Assembly: GCA_947569705.1 (NCBI GenBank)
Contig: CANOSP010000011.1
Span: forward strand, 485-64,484
Source of the DNA: an uncultured Erysipelotrichaceae bacterium
GTDB lineage: Bacteria; Bacillota_I; Bacilli_A; Erysipelotrichales; Erysipelotrichaceae
Reading direction: 5' to 3'
Length of the DNA: 64,000 nt
The position numbers were made by a program, and so were the translations under genes. This document shows positions 50,187 to 60,500 of the stretch, piece after piece. The notes below the pieces were generated by a model. That model ran no database searches, was not told the origin of the DNA, and saw only the letters and a list, made by a program, of their open reading frames with translations. Each line of letters begins with the position of its first letter. Position 1 is the first letter of the stretch.

Positions 50187-50209
50187 AAAAAAAGCCTTTG
50201 CGGCTTTTT
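50187..50209 (-). terminator. Terminator after the S-component gene
   Basis: AAAAAGCC-GCAAA-GGCTTTTTTT on the minus strand. Confidence 0.6.
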
Positions 50210-50223
50210 GAATTGATTCTTAA

Positions 50224-50844
50224 CTAAGCAGACTGCTTCAAAATAGGCTTTAATGCTTTATAAACCATTAAAGTAACCACTGCGGCTATAACGGCTTCTG
50301 CGATACCGTTACTGAAGACGACGCCCATAAGCACTGCCAACAGTGTATCAAACGATATGCTCAAAGCCTGTGCATATGCATGTCCGAAAAACAGATAGAT
50401 AAAACCGAGTACAAGCACTGTATTAATAATCGCTCCTGCCAAAGCAGACGCAATCACATTTACCGATTCGTTGACCTCGTGTTTTCGACAAAATGCAAAT
50501 ACACTGTAAGATACCAAACCAATACAAATACGCGGCACTACAGCGACAATCAGACTGGCATAATTACCGCTGATTCCGCCGATCGTAATAAACGGGGAAA
50601 AACAAAACGATGTAATACCGGGCGCAAATGTCGCATTCCAAACACTGCAGATACCGAAAATTAAGCCGAGTGCTGCCCCATACTTCCAACCCATTGTCAC
50701 TGCCGCAATAATAACCGGAATATGCATCAGCGTAGCTGACAGCGGTCCGATACGCAAAAAGCCGAGCGGGGTAAATAACAAAATCAGCTCAACTGCCAAA
50801 AAAAAGGCAAACAGGGTTAAATCTTTCGTTTTCTTTGTTCTCAT
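50224..50844 (-). CDS. ECF transporter S component, PanT-like
   Basis: FTPLGFLRIGPLSATLMHIPVII, PRICIG, NTVLVL. Confidence 0.85.
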   Translation of the reverse strand: MRTKKTKDLTLFAFFLAVELILLFTPLGFLRIGPLSATLMHIPVIIAAVTMGWKYGAALGLIFGICSVWNATFAPGITSFCFSPFITIGGISGNYASLIVAVVPRICIGLVSYSVFAFCRKHEVNESVNVIASALAGAIINTVLVLGFIYLFFGHAYAQALSISFDTLLAVLMGVVFSNGIAEAVIAAVVTLMVYKALKPILKQSA

Positions 50845-50971
50845 AATTTCCTCCTACTTTCGCTCTCATGGATGCGATGTGTCTTGAGAAAGCGCAAATT
50901 TGTGATAACGACCGTAAATTCATGTCCTAAGGATCACGATTTATTCTGTTATCAGTTATTGCGACATGTTT

Positions 50972-51000
50972 ATTATAAGCACTAAGGCATGAAAACGCAA
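50972..51000 (-). promoter_or_regulatory. Sigma-A-type promoter of the PanT-like gene
   Basis: TTGCGT-N17-TATAAT. Confidence 0.6.
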
Positions 51001-51202
51001 GTATTAGGAGATAAACGGATCATTCAAATAAATAAAAAACAGTCAGAATACCATTCATTCACAGCCGTTTTTACCGTAAAAAAGCTGCACTGTTCTCTTA
51101 ATTCATGTCTGCATTCTACACTCATTTCCTTTAATTGTACTAAAAAACGGCGAATCGATCACCCGCCGTTTGATACATATGATTTTAAATTCATATCGGC
51201 AA

Positions 51203-53080
51203 CTACAGCACACTGTGCACCTTGCTTAATACCGCCGTTGAATCATCCAAGCGTTGTCGTCTGCGAAGTACTTCCATCAAGTCTTCTATGGATGTTTTCG
51301 CATTTTCACAGCTGCGATTTTTCAGCCATTCATAGATTTCATCCATAAAAATACCGTCACTGATCATTAAGTATTCATCTCCGTCTTGTAAATCAGCCAC
51401 AAAGCAATCAGGTTCTATCGATGAAACTATTCCTACCGGCAAGGAACTGCCGTTTACTTCATAAAGTTCATGATTTCGGATCAGGAATGTCGGACAAGCC
51501 GCGGATTTAAAAATATAAGCCTTACCTGCCGCACAATCGAAACAAACCACATCCAATGTCGCATACGCATCACTTTGAAGCAGCTTATTAATGCATTTGA
51601 TCGCGTCTGCCTTAGGAATTCCGCTGACAACCATACGCTGAAACAGATTCGTAATCAATCGCGATGAGGTCGCCGCATGTTCACCGCTGCCCATGCCGTC
51701 GGAAATCATGGAAATGACCGTATTGCGATATCGGAATATCGAAAATGTATCGCCGCAGCTCTCATACATATTCTTTTGTGCATCGGCGTATGAATCGATT
51801 TGAAACGGCACCTGATTTTCCAATGTAATCACATGTGCACCTCTTGTAAAACGCTTATGATGAAGCTGTGTAATATTCAAATGTTCATGAGTCAGCACTT
51901 CTAACAACGGCAGCAAGGTCTGTTGGATCTCATTTTTCTTAATATTGCGGATTTCCAGTTCAATCGCCATATGCCCGTCTTCCTGTTGCTCGATTTCAAG
52001 CACATCCACCTCATACTGGTATCCTTCCAAAGCCTTTAAGATGCGTTGCTTTTGTGATTGTGTCGTATCAACCTTTTTTAAAGTATCTGCACAATACTTC
52101 AAAGCCTTTGCCATATCAGAAAGCATTTGAGCTTCTACATCGGATATTTGTTCATAGTAATCAGATAATGCCGTGAATATTCCGGAAAAATGATTAATTT
52201 GTTTATTTAGAATATGGGTCGAAGCTTGATTATTCGGCAGTTGTCGATGTCGCTCACTGTGAAACGGCAGTTTTTTTTCATCATAAAGAAACGATGTAAG
52301 CGATCCGATGAGAAACAGCGCGGTATTCGGTAATGATAAATCAAACCATAAAATCATTAATAGCAAGCCGCTGCATAACAAATATTTTTCCTGCTTCATA
52401 ATTGAAATCCACACCGTTGCCAAAACAATTACGGGTGATAATACAAGCGTAGGTGTCGCAACGGAAACTAAACCCATCAAGATGATCAGAACCAACGATT
52501 CACAAAAGAATGCTGCTGTAAATAAAAACGCCGCAAACAGCCACTCTCCTAACGCTCCGCCTAACCAATTTAAACTCAACAGCGCTAGAGTTACAAAAAA
52601 GATTCCGTAAATTTGTGAAGTTAAAACTAATTTTTTTTGTATCCAACCGATTTCACGATGATCAATCATTGCCAATAAATAAGCAAAAAAAGCGATACAC
52701 AATACTCTTAAATCGAAATGAAATGCATAGATTCCATACGGTATGCTTAAGCATGCGGCAATCAACGGTAAACGGCGATAGACATTTTGATCAAATAAAC
52801 GTAAACCATGGATCACTAAAAAAAATATAGTCATCCCCAGTGCATAAAAATAAGTGGTGATAAAACCGCAAAAGCAAGAACCCAGCAATATCGCAATGCT
52901 CGCAATACGGCATTCTTTTTCATCACGCATATAAAAATACGCAAGGTATAAAAAAGCAAATACATAGGCACAAAGTCCGTCATAGCATCCCAGTAAAAAT
53001 GCCCCGGTAAAAACCACAAATAAACGGGGATGATAAAAGCTCTCCGGTTTTGCCGAAGCAGATACTACTGTTTTTTCCAT
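51203..53080 (-). CDS. SpoIIE-like PP2C phosphatase with multi-TM N-terminus
   Basis: CGDTFS, ISDGMGSG, ATLDVVCFD, MISDGI, LDDSTAV. Confidence 0.85.
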   Translation of the reverse strand: MEKTVVSASAKPESFYHPRLFVVFTGAFLLGCYDGLCAYVFAFLYLAYFYMRDEKECRIASIAILLGSCFCGFITTYFYALGMTIFFLVIHGLRLFDQNVYRRLPLIAACLSIPYGIYAFHFDLRVLCIAFFAYLLAMIDHREIGWIQKKLVLTSQIYGIFFVTLALLSLNWLGGALGEWLFAAFLFTAAFFCESLVLIILMGLVSVATPTLVLSPVIVLATVWISIMKQEKYLLCSGLLLMILWFDLSLPNTALFLIGSLTSFLYDEKKLPFHSERHRQLPNNQASTHILNKQINHFSGIFTALSDYYEQISDVEAQMLSDMAKALKYCADTLKKVDTTQSQKQRILKALEGYQYEVDVLEIEQQEDGHMAIELEIRNIKKNEIQQTLLPLLEVLTHEHLNITQLHHKRFTRGAHVITLENQVPFQIDSYADAQKNMYESCGDTFSIFRYRNTVISMISDGMGSGEHAATSSRLITNLFQRMVVSGIPKADAIKCINKLLQSDAYATLDVVCFDCAAGKAYIFKSAACPTFLIRNHELYEVNGSSLPVGIVSSIEPDCFVADLQDGDEYLMISDGIFMDEIYEWLKNRSCENAKTSIEDLMEVLRRRQRLDDSTAVLSKVHSVL

Positions 53081-53760
53081 ACAAGATCACCTCTAGGCAA
53101 TATTGTATGGAAACAGACTCGGATATTTTGTCATATTGTGCTTTTTGCGTATAAAAAACACAGAGGGTGAATAAACTGTTAAGCTGTGCATGTCTGCCTT
53201 TTAAATAAACTTATGCCTCATTCAGCAACTTCTCCTTTTTCTTATCAACCACTGAGATTGCATTCATATTACGGTTGATAATGTATCTGCATTTGTAGTC
53301 GGCTGGAAGGATGCAAATATAACACCAAATAAACAAAATGATACAGAAGATGAGGAACAAAGCCAAGTCAACCATCCTTTCAAAAATACATCGGATAAGA
53401 AAAACTTGCAAGTGTAAATACCGGTGATGAAACAAAAATCACATTCCGGACCTGTCTTTTAATCGGGTCTTTCTTTACACTGACAATCCTTAACAGAAAA
53501 AAATTTGAAAACCATCATCAATAAGACAAAAAGCAACAATGAATGTCGTTTTTTTCTTTATCGATAATTTATCTATTCTTATTTTTATCATATCCCGTAA
53601 TTTTATATATTTCCCTTCCTTTAACACTTACTTTCAAGCATCACAAAAATGCAAAATTAGCTCTAAAAAAGTGCTTTTTACGTACTTGAGATATATTCAC
53701 TTTTCATTTATCCGAGTGTATAATAATATATGTAGAGAAAAGAAGGGAAAGCGATTTTTT

Positions 53761-55026
53761 ATGAAAAAGAATTATAGAAAAGCAGTGATTTTGTTCTTAG
53801 GTTTGATCGCTGCTACATTGGGTGCATACGGTGTGAATTATGCATTACACGCTGAGGTATTAACGAATTTCTATAGCATAGAATTTGTTGACCCTATAGA
53901 TCAAATAAACAGTTTAACGATAAAAACCGACGGTCGCGATAACACTGTTATGAAAGAAACAGGTTTTAATGACGGCCCTTTATCAATTCATTTTACAACA
54001 TACCATCTGGATTGTATCTCAACTTCATCACATCCCCATGACTTAGGACTGTTTTCTAAAGATTATGTATTTCACCCTAATTTTGTCACACTGTTTCCGG
54101 AACAGGCTGACATACCGATTCAAGTTCGTGCAGACTATGATCCTAATCACTGTATTGACCATACGGCAAGAATCAGAACTGAAACATATATAGAAAAACC
54201 CTCTTTTACTACTGATGAAACTGCAGTTGTCGCATTTGATTCTGAATATCCATATCATGTAGTTTATTATCGCATCAAAGATGAAGGAACTTGGCAACAA
54301 GCACCGGACGGAACCATCAATGTGAATGCAGAATCTAATCAACCGCAGGATGTTGAAATAGAGTATCGATTTGCCGGCTATTATGAGAATGAAATTCCGC
54401 CGACATTGGATGAATTGCAAGATCCCAAATATCTAAATAATGTGATTGTTCATTTTGAGGCAACCGCTGCCGGTGGTAATCCGGTTGATCCTAATCCTAT
54501 TGATCCGGGAGATGACAGTAACGATCCGACCGTTCCTGATCCCGATGATCCAGGAAATGATAACAACGATCCGACTGATCCTAATCCTGTTGATCCGGGA
54601 GATGACAATAACGATCCGACCGTTCCTGATCCCGATGATCCGAAAGATGATGACAACGATCCGACTGACCCCGATCCCGATGATCCGGTAGATAATGAAA
54701 ACGACCCGACCGTTCCTAATGACGATAATGACCCAACCGATACGAATGACCCTGATAATGAAGAACCTGAATCAGATGATTCAAACAACGATGATAATGA
54801 TGACAATGAATCTGATGATCCTGATAATACTGATGATGAAGGTTATCTCGATAATAACAATCCGGACTATCCAAATAACGATAATTCTAATAACGGGCAG
54901 CTACAAGATTATACGACCGGCGCCAACACCGGAGATTTTACAAATGCGTTATTATGGGTAACGGTTAGCGGTATCGGATGCTTCTGCATTGTATATCCAA
55001 TCCGAAAAAGAATGGGAGAAAAATAG
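53761..55026 (+). CDS. Cell-wall-anchored protein with Asp/Pro/Asn-rich stalk
   Basis: Start MKKNYRKAVILFLG after AAGGG (the ORF-track extension to 53539 looks spurious); GANTGD + TM + basic tail. Confidence 0.85.
   Translation: MKKNYRKAVILFLGLIAATLGAYGVNYALHAEVLTNFYSIEFVDPIDQINSLTIKTDGRDNTVMKETGFNDGPLSIHFTTYHLDCISTSSHPHDLGLFSKDYVFHPNFVTLFPEQADIPIQVRADYDPNHCIDHTARIRTETYIEKPSFTTDETAVVAFDSEYPYHVVYYRIKDEGTWQQAPDGTINVNAESNQPQDVEIEYRFAGYYENEIPPTLDELQDPKYLNNVIVHFEATAAGGNPVDPNPIDPGDDSNDPTVPDPDDPGNDNNDPTDPNPVDPGDDNNDPTVPDPDDPKDDDNDPTDPDPDDPVDNENDPTVPNDDNDPTDTNDPDNEEPESDDSNNDDNDDNESDDPDNTDDEGYLDNNNPDYPNNDNSNNGQLQDYTTGANTGDFTNALLWVTVSGIGCFCIVYPIRKRMGEK
54487..54720 (+). repeat. Intragenic tandem repeat, about 90-bp period (DPNPxDPGDDxNDPTVPDPDDP)
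   Basis: GATCCTAATCCT(A/G)TTGATCCGGGAGATGAC at 54487 and 54577, then a degenerate third unit. Confidence 0.8.
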
Positions 55027-55053
55027 AAACCGGAAATCGAAATCCGGTTTTTT
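55027..55053 (+). terminator. Terminator
   Basis: AAACCGGA-N8-TCCGGTTTTTT. Confidence 0.7.
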
Positions 55054-55245
55054 CTGACTGATAATACACCGATAACCTTATGTAATGATAAACTTTTATG
55101 TCTTTCCTTGAGCATATCTCTTTCTTTATTTCAGTCGACTGTTGAGTGGCTCTATTGTACAGAAAGAGGTATCTCTTTTGCATAAAAACTTTTTAAACAG
55201 CATTACAACACAACAAAAGGTATCCCATCAGGAATACCTTTTTTT

Positions 55246-56358
55246 CTATATCTCGTGTTCCGGCAGTTTTTCTTCCAGCTTTTCTTCAATTTCATCTTCT
55301 AAGGAAGGCTTTTTTAATGCTTTACGTACTACATCAATCACTGATAAGATCGGATGATATTGCGGGGAAATCATATGCGATATTTCCAAGAACAACTCCA
55401 CACCGATTGCCATCACAATGAGCGCAATCAAACCGAGGGATTTGTTAACAATATACAAATAAGCTGTCAGTCCGAATAAACCGGTAACCGCATATAAAAT
55501 TAATACCGTATTACGATGTCCGAAGCGTCGCATCAACACATGATGAAGATGGTTTTTATCTGCATCAGAGAAGCTTTTCCCTGAAAGTTTTCTTCGTATG
55601 ATTGCACTGATTGTATCCAAAATAGGAATTCCTAACAATAAAATCGGCAACCCGAGGGTAATCAAAGTTGAACTCTTAAAGCCTAGAAGTGAAATTGCCG
55701 AGATTACAAACCCTAAGAATAACGCACCGCAATCTCCCATAAAAATACTTGCAGGATGAGAATTATACAAAAGAAAACCCAGTGTACTGCCTGCCAATAT
55801 TAAGGATAGCATCATGATGTCCGAACGGCCTTCCAATAAGGAAAGCGTGGCGATTACAACAAGGATAATAACCGATATACCGCCTGCCAAACCATCTAAG
55901 CCATCGATCAGATTAACTGCATTCGTAATCCCGATTACCCAAACAAAAGTAACAAGCAGTGAAATCAAACCGAGATCGATAGAGATACCGAACGGCAAGC
56001 GAATTGCATCTAAAGTTACACCGCCGAATGATATGAGGATCAACGCAGCAGCACATTGAAATGCAAGCTTATACTTCGGTCTTAAATTTAACATATCATC
56101 GATTAAACCACCGATAAACATTACGCTGGCACCAATCAAAATACGATTCAAAGCATCATCAACTTTTACAAACATTGCCATAGTGATAATAAATGAAACA
56201 TAGATTGCAACACCGCCGATACGTGCAATTTTCTTTGTATGAATTGTTCGTTCATTCATTTCTGCATAGATATCTAATTGGTAAGCAATCTTTTTTAATA
56301 TCGGCGTCAATAAGGCCGACATCAGAAAAGGAATGAACAGATATTTCAACCATTCCAT
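55246..56358 (-). CDS. tagO: Undecaprenyl-phosphate GlcNAc-1-phosphate transferase (TagO/WecA, GT4/MraY family)
   Basis: ARIGGVAIY, GLIDD, NAVNLIDGLDGLA, IFMGDCG, DKNHLHH. Confidence 0.88.
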   Translation of the reverse strand: MEWLKYLFIPFLMSALLTPILKKIAYQLDIYAEMNERTIHTKKIARIGGVAIYVSFIITMAMFVKVDDALNRILIGASVMFIGGLIDDMLNLRPKYKLAFQCAAALILISFGGVTLDAIRLPFGISIDLGLISLLVTFVWVIGITNAVNLIDGLDGLAGGISVIILVVIATLSLLEGRSDIMMLSLILAGSTLGFLLYNSHPASIFMGDCGALFLGFVISAISLLGFKSSTLITLGLPILLLGIPILDTISAIIRRKLSGKSFSDADKNHLHHVLMRRFGHRNTVLILYAVTGLFGLTAYLYIVNKSLGLIALIVMAIGVELFLEISHMISPQYHPILSVIDVVRKALKKPSLEDEIEEKLEEKLPEHEI

Positions 56359-56379
56359 TTCCTACACCTCCTTGACTGC

Positions 56380-57372
56380 CTATTCTACAAGATGTAGATT
56401 TTCTAACATAACTCCGGTACCCTCCGCGACACAGCGAAGTGCATTATCTGCAACATATACAGGAATATGTAATTCATTACGTAATAATTCATCGATACCG
56501 TGAAGCAATGCCCCTCCGCCTGTCAATACAATACCGCGTGTTACGATGTCACTGGCAAGCTCCGGCGGTGTCTGTTCAAGCACCGTTTTGCACGCACGCA
56601 CAATTTCCTGCAACGACTCTCTGATGCTCTCCTCAATCTGCTCACTGGTAAGTGTTATTGTATGAGGCAAGCCCGTTACTAAGTCACGGCCGCTCACTTC
56701 AATGGAATCATGACGAGAGCCTTTCCATGCCGTTCCGACCTTTTTCTTAATTTCTTCAGCTGTACGATCGCCGATCAACAATTTCTTTTCTTCTTTCACA
56801 AACTTCAGAATATCCTTATCCAAAGTATCTCCGGCAATTTTCAATGAAGTAGAAGAAACAATCTCTCCTAAAGACAATACTGCGACATCGGTAGTACCGC
56901 CGCCTATATCAAGTACCATACAACCGCTCGGTTTAGATATATCCAATCCGGCTCCGACCGCTGCCACTTTCGGCTCCTCTTCAATATATACTTTCTTCGC
57001 TCCGGCACGATACGCACTATCACGAATCGCATTACGTTCAACCGATGTGATATTACTCGGGCAGCAAATTAAAATGGTCGGACGTTTAAACATCCCCTTT
57101 AATTCCAATTTCTTTAAAAAGAAATTCAACATAATCTCTGTAACTTCAAAATCAGCAATGACACCGTCCTTCATCGGTCTGATAGCCATCACACGCCCCG
57201 GAGTTCTTCCGAGCATATCTTTTGCATCTTGACCTGCAGCCAAGCATTTCTTTGTACTGGCATCTATTGCGACAACGCTGGGTTCATCAATTACGACACC
57301 CTCGCCTTTGACATATATTAATAAATTTGCGGTACCTAAATCAATACCAACCTCTTTTGAAAAAAAACTCAT
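56380..57372 (-). CDS. mreB: Rod shape-determining actin homolog MreB/Mbl
   Basis: GIDLGTAN, IRPMKDGVIADF, EEPKVAAVGAG, DIGGGTTD, LTGGGALL. Confidence 0.92.
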   Translation of the reverse strand: MSFFSKEVGIDLGTANLLIYVKGEGVVIDEPSVVAIDASTKKCLAAGQDAKDMLGRTPGRVMAIRPMKDGVIADFEVTEIMLNFFLKKLELKGMFKRPTILICCPSNITSVERNAIRDSAYRAGAKKVYIEEEPKVAAVGAGLDISKPSGCMVLDIGGGTTDVAVLSLGEIVSSTSLKIAGDTLDKDILKFVKEEKKLLIGDRTAEEIKKKVGTAWKGSRHDSIEVSGRDLVTGLPHTITLTSEQIEESIRESLQEIVRACKTVLEQTPPELASDIVTRGIVLTGGGALLHGIDELLRNELHIPVYVADNALRCVAEGTGVMLENLHLVE

Positions 57373-57581
57373 AGTCTAAATGACCTCCATTTCGCATTTA
57401 TAACATTATACCACACTTTTATGCATTTATATCATCAATCCATACTTTTCATCAGAACAATCATATCCGATGATACAAATCTTTTGCGGCGCATAATAAA
57501 GTCATTACATTCATGATTGTTTTCGTTTATTTTGATAAAAAAACAAGGCATAAACTTATCGCTATACCTTGTTTAGTTTAA

Positions 57582-60500
57582 TTAATTGTTTTCTTGTCTT
57601 TTACGTGTTACATATGCTGCAGAACCGACTAACAGTAACATCGTCCAAAGAATTGCCGTTCCGCTTTGTTCCGTCTTCGTTCCGGTATTCTTAATCGGAG
57701 AATTCGGTTTGATATTTTCACTCGGAACAGAAGCTGCCGTTGATACGATTGCATAATAAGAATTATGCGTTGTTTTAAATTTAATCGTATCGTTTTCAAT
57801 CCAGCTCGGAATAAATCTAATGTCACCGGAATCAGAGATATAAACAACTCTTAAATCTTTACCAAGCATCTCTTTATCGATTTTTATGCTCATAACCATT
57901 TGAACTGTACGATTGAATTCAACTTGCTCACCTTTACCGTTTACAAAATAAATATCAATCAATTTTTCAAAGTTATATTGCTTCAAGAAAGTCTTATCTT
58001 TGATTTTAGCACCCAACTGTTTCAGCATTTCTTGGTCAAAATGTTTAACAGCCAGTTTAATATCATCATCTAATTCAACATCCGTCACAACCGTTACATC
58101 ATCTTTGACAAAGACATTGTTACCCTGATCAGGTTTACTTGGTTCATCATGATTGTTTGGCTGATCCGGTTGATCAGGTTTATTCGGTTGATCCGGATTA
58201 TTTGGTTGATCAGGTTTATTCGGCTGATCCGGATTGTCCGGATTATCCGGTTGATCAGGATCATCAGGATTTGGTTTTTCATAGTTTTCCAATTTCTGAG
58301 CTGCCTTAACCAATGCATCTTTAGCTGCGTCAGCTTCGTCCTGTATTGCTTCACTGTCCTTATTTACCTGTTCTGCTTTCGTATATGCTTGCTTGAATGC
58401 ATCTGCTATATCCTTAGGATAATCCGCTAATTCTTTCAGTAAATACGCATACTTATTCATTGCTTGTTGTAACGCTGTTTTATCAGCAGTCTTAACTAAT
58501 GCGTTTTTCGCATCATTAATCATTTGAACCGCTTCCTCAACATCTGTCTTGGTTGCGTCTTCATCTGCCATTACAGCTTCACCGCTCGCAATCGCATCCT
58601 GTAAAGCCTGATAGCTTACCTTTGTGTAACCTTCTGCTTTAATAGCGCTTGCATCTTCAATCGCTTTTGCTAAAGCTAATTTATCAACCTTTTCTTTCAG
58701 AATATCCATTGCATTATTCAATGCTTCAACAGTAGCTTGAACATTCGCTTCTGTTGCGAATTCATCTTCGCTTACTTCTTTTGCATAATCTAACAACTCA
58801 CAGAATTCATTCCAGCTTTCATCAGTGTAATTACCCTGCTCCACTTGATCAAGTTCACTGATTAACTGATTTAATTCACTCTTATCCACTGATTGAGAAT
58901 CAATATCGGTTAATTTGATGTGATCTAACCAATGACTTCCGGCAGGGATACTGCTTACAAGATTGAACAGATACAGCTTACCTAAATCCTGAGGTGCAGC
59001 CACACGATAAGCATAATCTTTACCGATGCAGACTTCTGTTTCACCCGGCGGAGTTACGTATACACTGTAAGTAGACTTGCTCAAATCTACAGCGAAGCGT
59101 ACATGATAAGAGGTGTTTGGTTCATAAGTCAAGTCACTTTGTACAAAACCGACTGCCTTACCATTTACTTGGTTACCGTTATATGCACCGAATTTTCCAT
59201 CCTTGTACATACGCATCAGCATTGGAATTTGTGTATAAGAGGTATGATTTGAATCATAGGCCCCCAAACCAACCGGAATATCAACGATTCCTGTATCCTC
59301 AGTTGTTGTAACCATATCAAATTCTACATTTACCTTATCGGAAGTATTCTTACCGATTTGTCTTTGAGCGGTAGTTGCACCTGTAGTATCCGGAGACAAT
59401 GCAAGAAGTGCATCGATAGAAGGTCTTGGATTATCATCAAACGGCGCATATACCTCAAATTCATAAATACTTCCGCTATATACTTTATTGTTTCCGGAAT
59501 GTTTCCATCTTTCTTTTTGTACGTATTTTACATAACGCGCATCAACAGGCTCAATACTGATTTTCTCAATTGCAGGCACACCTGCAGCGGCAATTACCTG
59601 AGCATCATTTTTACGATAAACAGGTGTGAAGTTTTGTCCGTCAGTTGATACTTGAATTTCATATTTACCTACCTTGGATTCATAGTTGATTACAAGATCA
59701 CCGATATTGTATACATCACCGAGATCAACCAACAGCCATTGCTCATCTTGATCCTTCGCAAAGGATACACGAGAATCACTGCTGACAATACCGTCCACAG
59801 CCATTTCCGCAGTAAATTGTCCGTTATTTAATTCTAATCCTGATACACTGACAGTTTTCTTCAACGCTAAATTCTCTCTGACAATGCCCATCTTTTCCAA
59901 TACTTCATCCGCACTCAATGCACGATTATAAACAGACATTTTAGAAAGCGTACCTTTTGTATTTTCAAATACCTTTTCCACCGGCAATACAAATGTAGAA
60001 CTTTGCTGAGTTTTACCGGCAATCGTCGTATTAGTCAGCTTACCGTTTCCGATTTGCTTACCGTCAACATACAATGTCAGATTTTTATTATCACATACTA
60101 ATGCAAGTGCTATTTCCTTATCTGTTTTCGGTGTATAGTTGAAAGTAAATTCATACTGATCTCTTGCATAGCTTAACTTACCGAGCTTATTCACATAGAA
60201 TGTTCCGTCAGCTCCCGCAAACAGCGTTGCGTTATCAGTCAATTCATCTAACGTCAAATTCATAAATACAGAGTAAGGATAACCAATGCTGTCCATCGGC
60301 AAAGACAGATAGCCGGTACCGTCGAATTTCACTGCACCGTCAGCTGCAGAAGCCTTTGTCAAGCTTGCATCATAGCCGTTTGTACTATTGTCCTTAACTG
60401 TTGTTCCGTTTTCCTCAAAATCATATTCAGCAATTAAATCCGTATCAGATTCTACATAACGTCCCGGATTTGCATTCGGTACCTTATTTTGCAGCGCATC

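Noticed and set aside
53211-53760. ORF 53211-53435 (-) and the N-terminal extension of ORF 53539-55026
   Set aside because: No convincing RBS or family motif; AT-rich intergenic or decayed sequence. The real start is probably 53761.
54450-54961. Overlapping ORFs 54450-54806 (-), 54446-54691 and 54695-54961 (+)
   Set aside because: Alternative-frame products of the tandem repeat.
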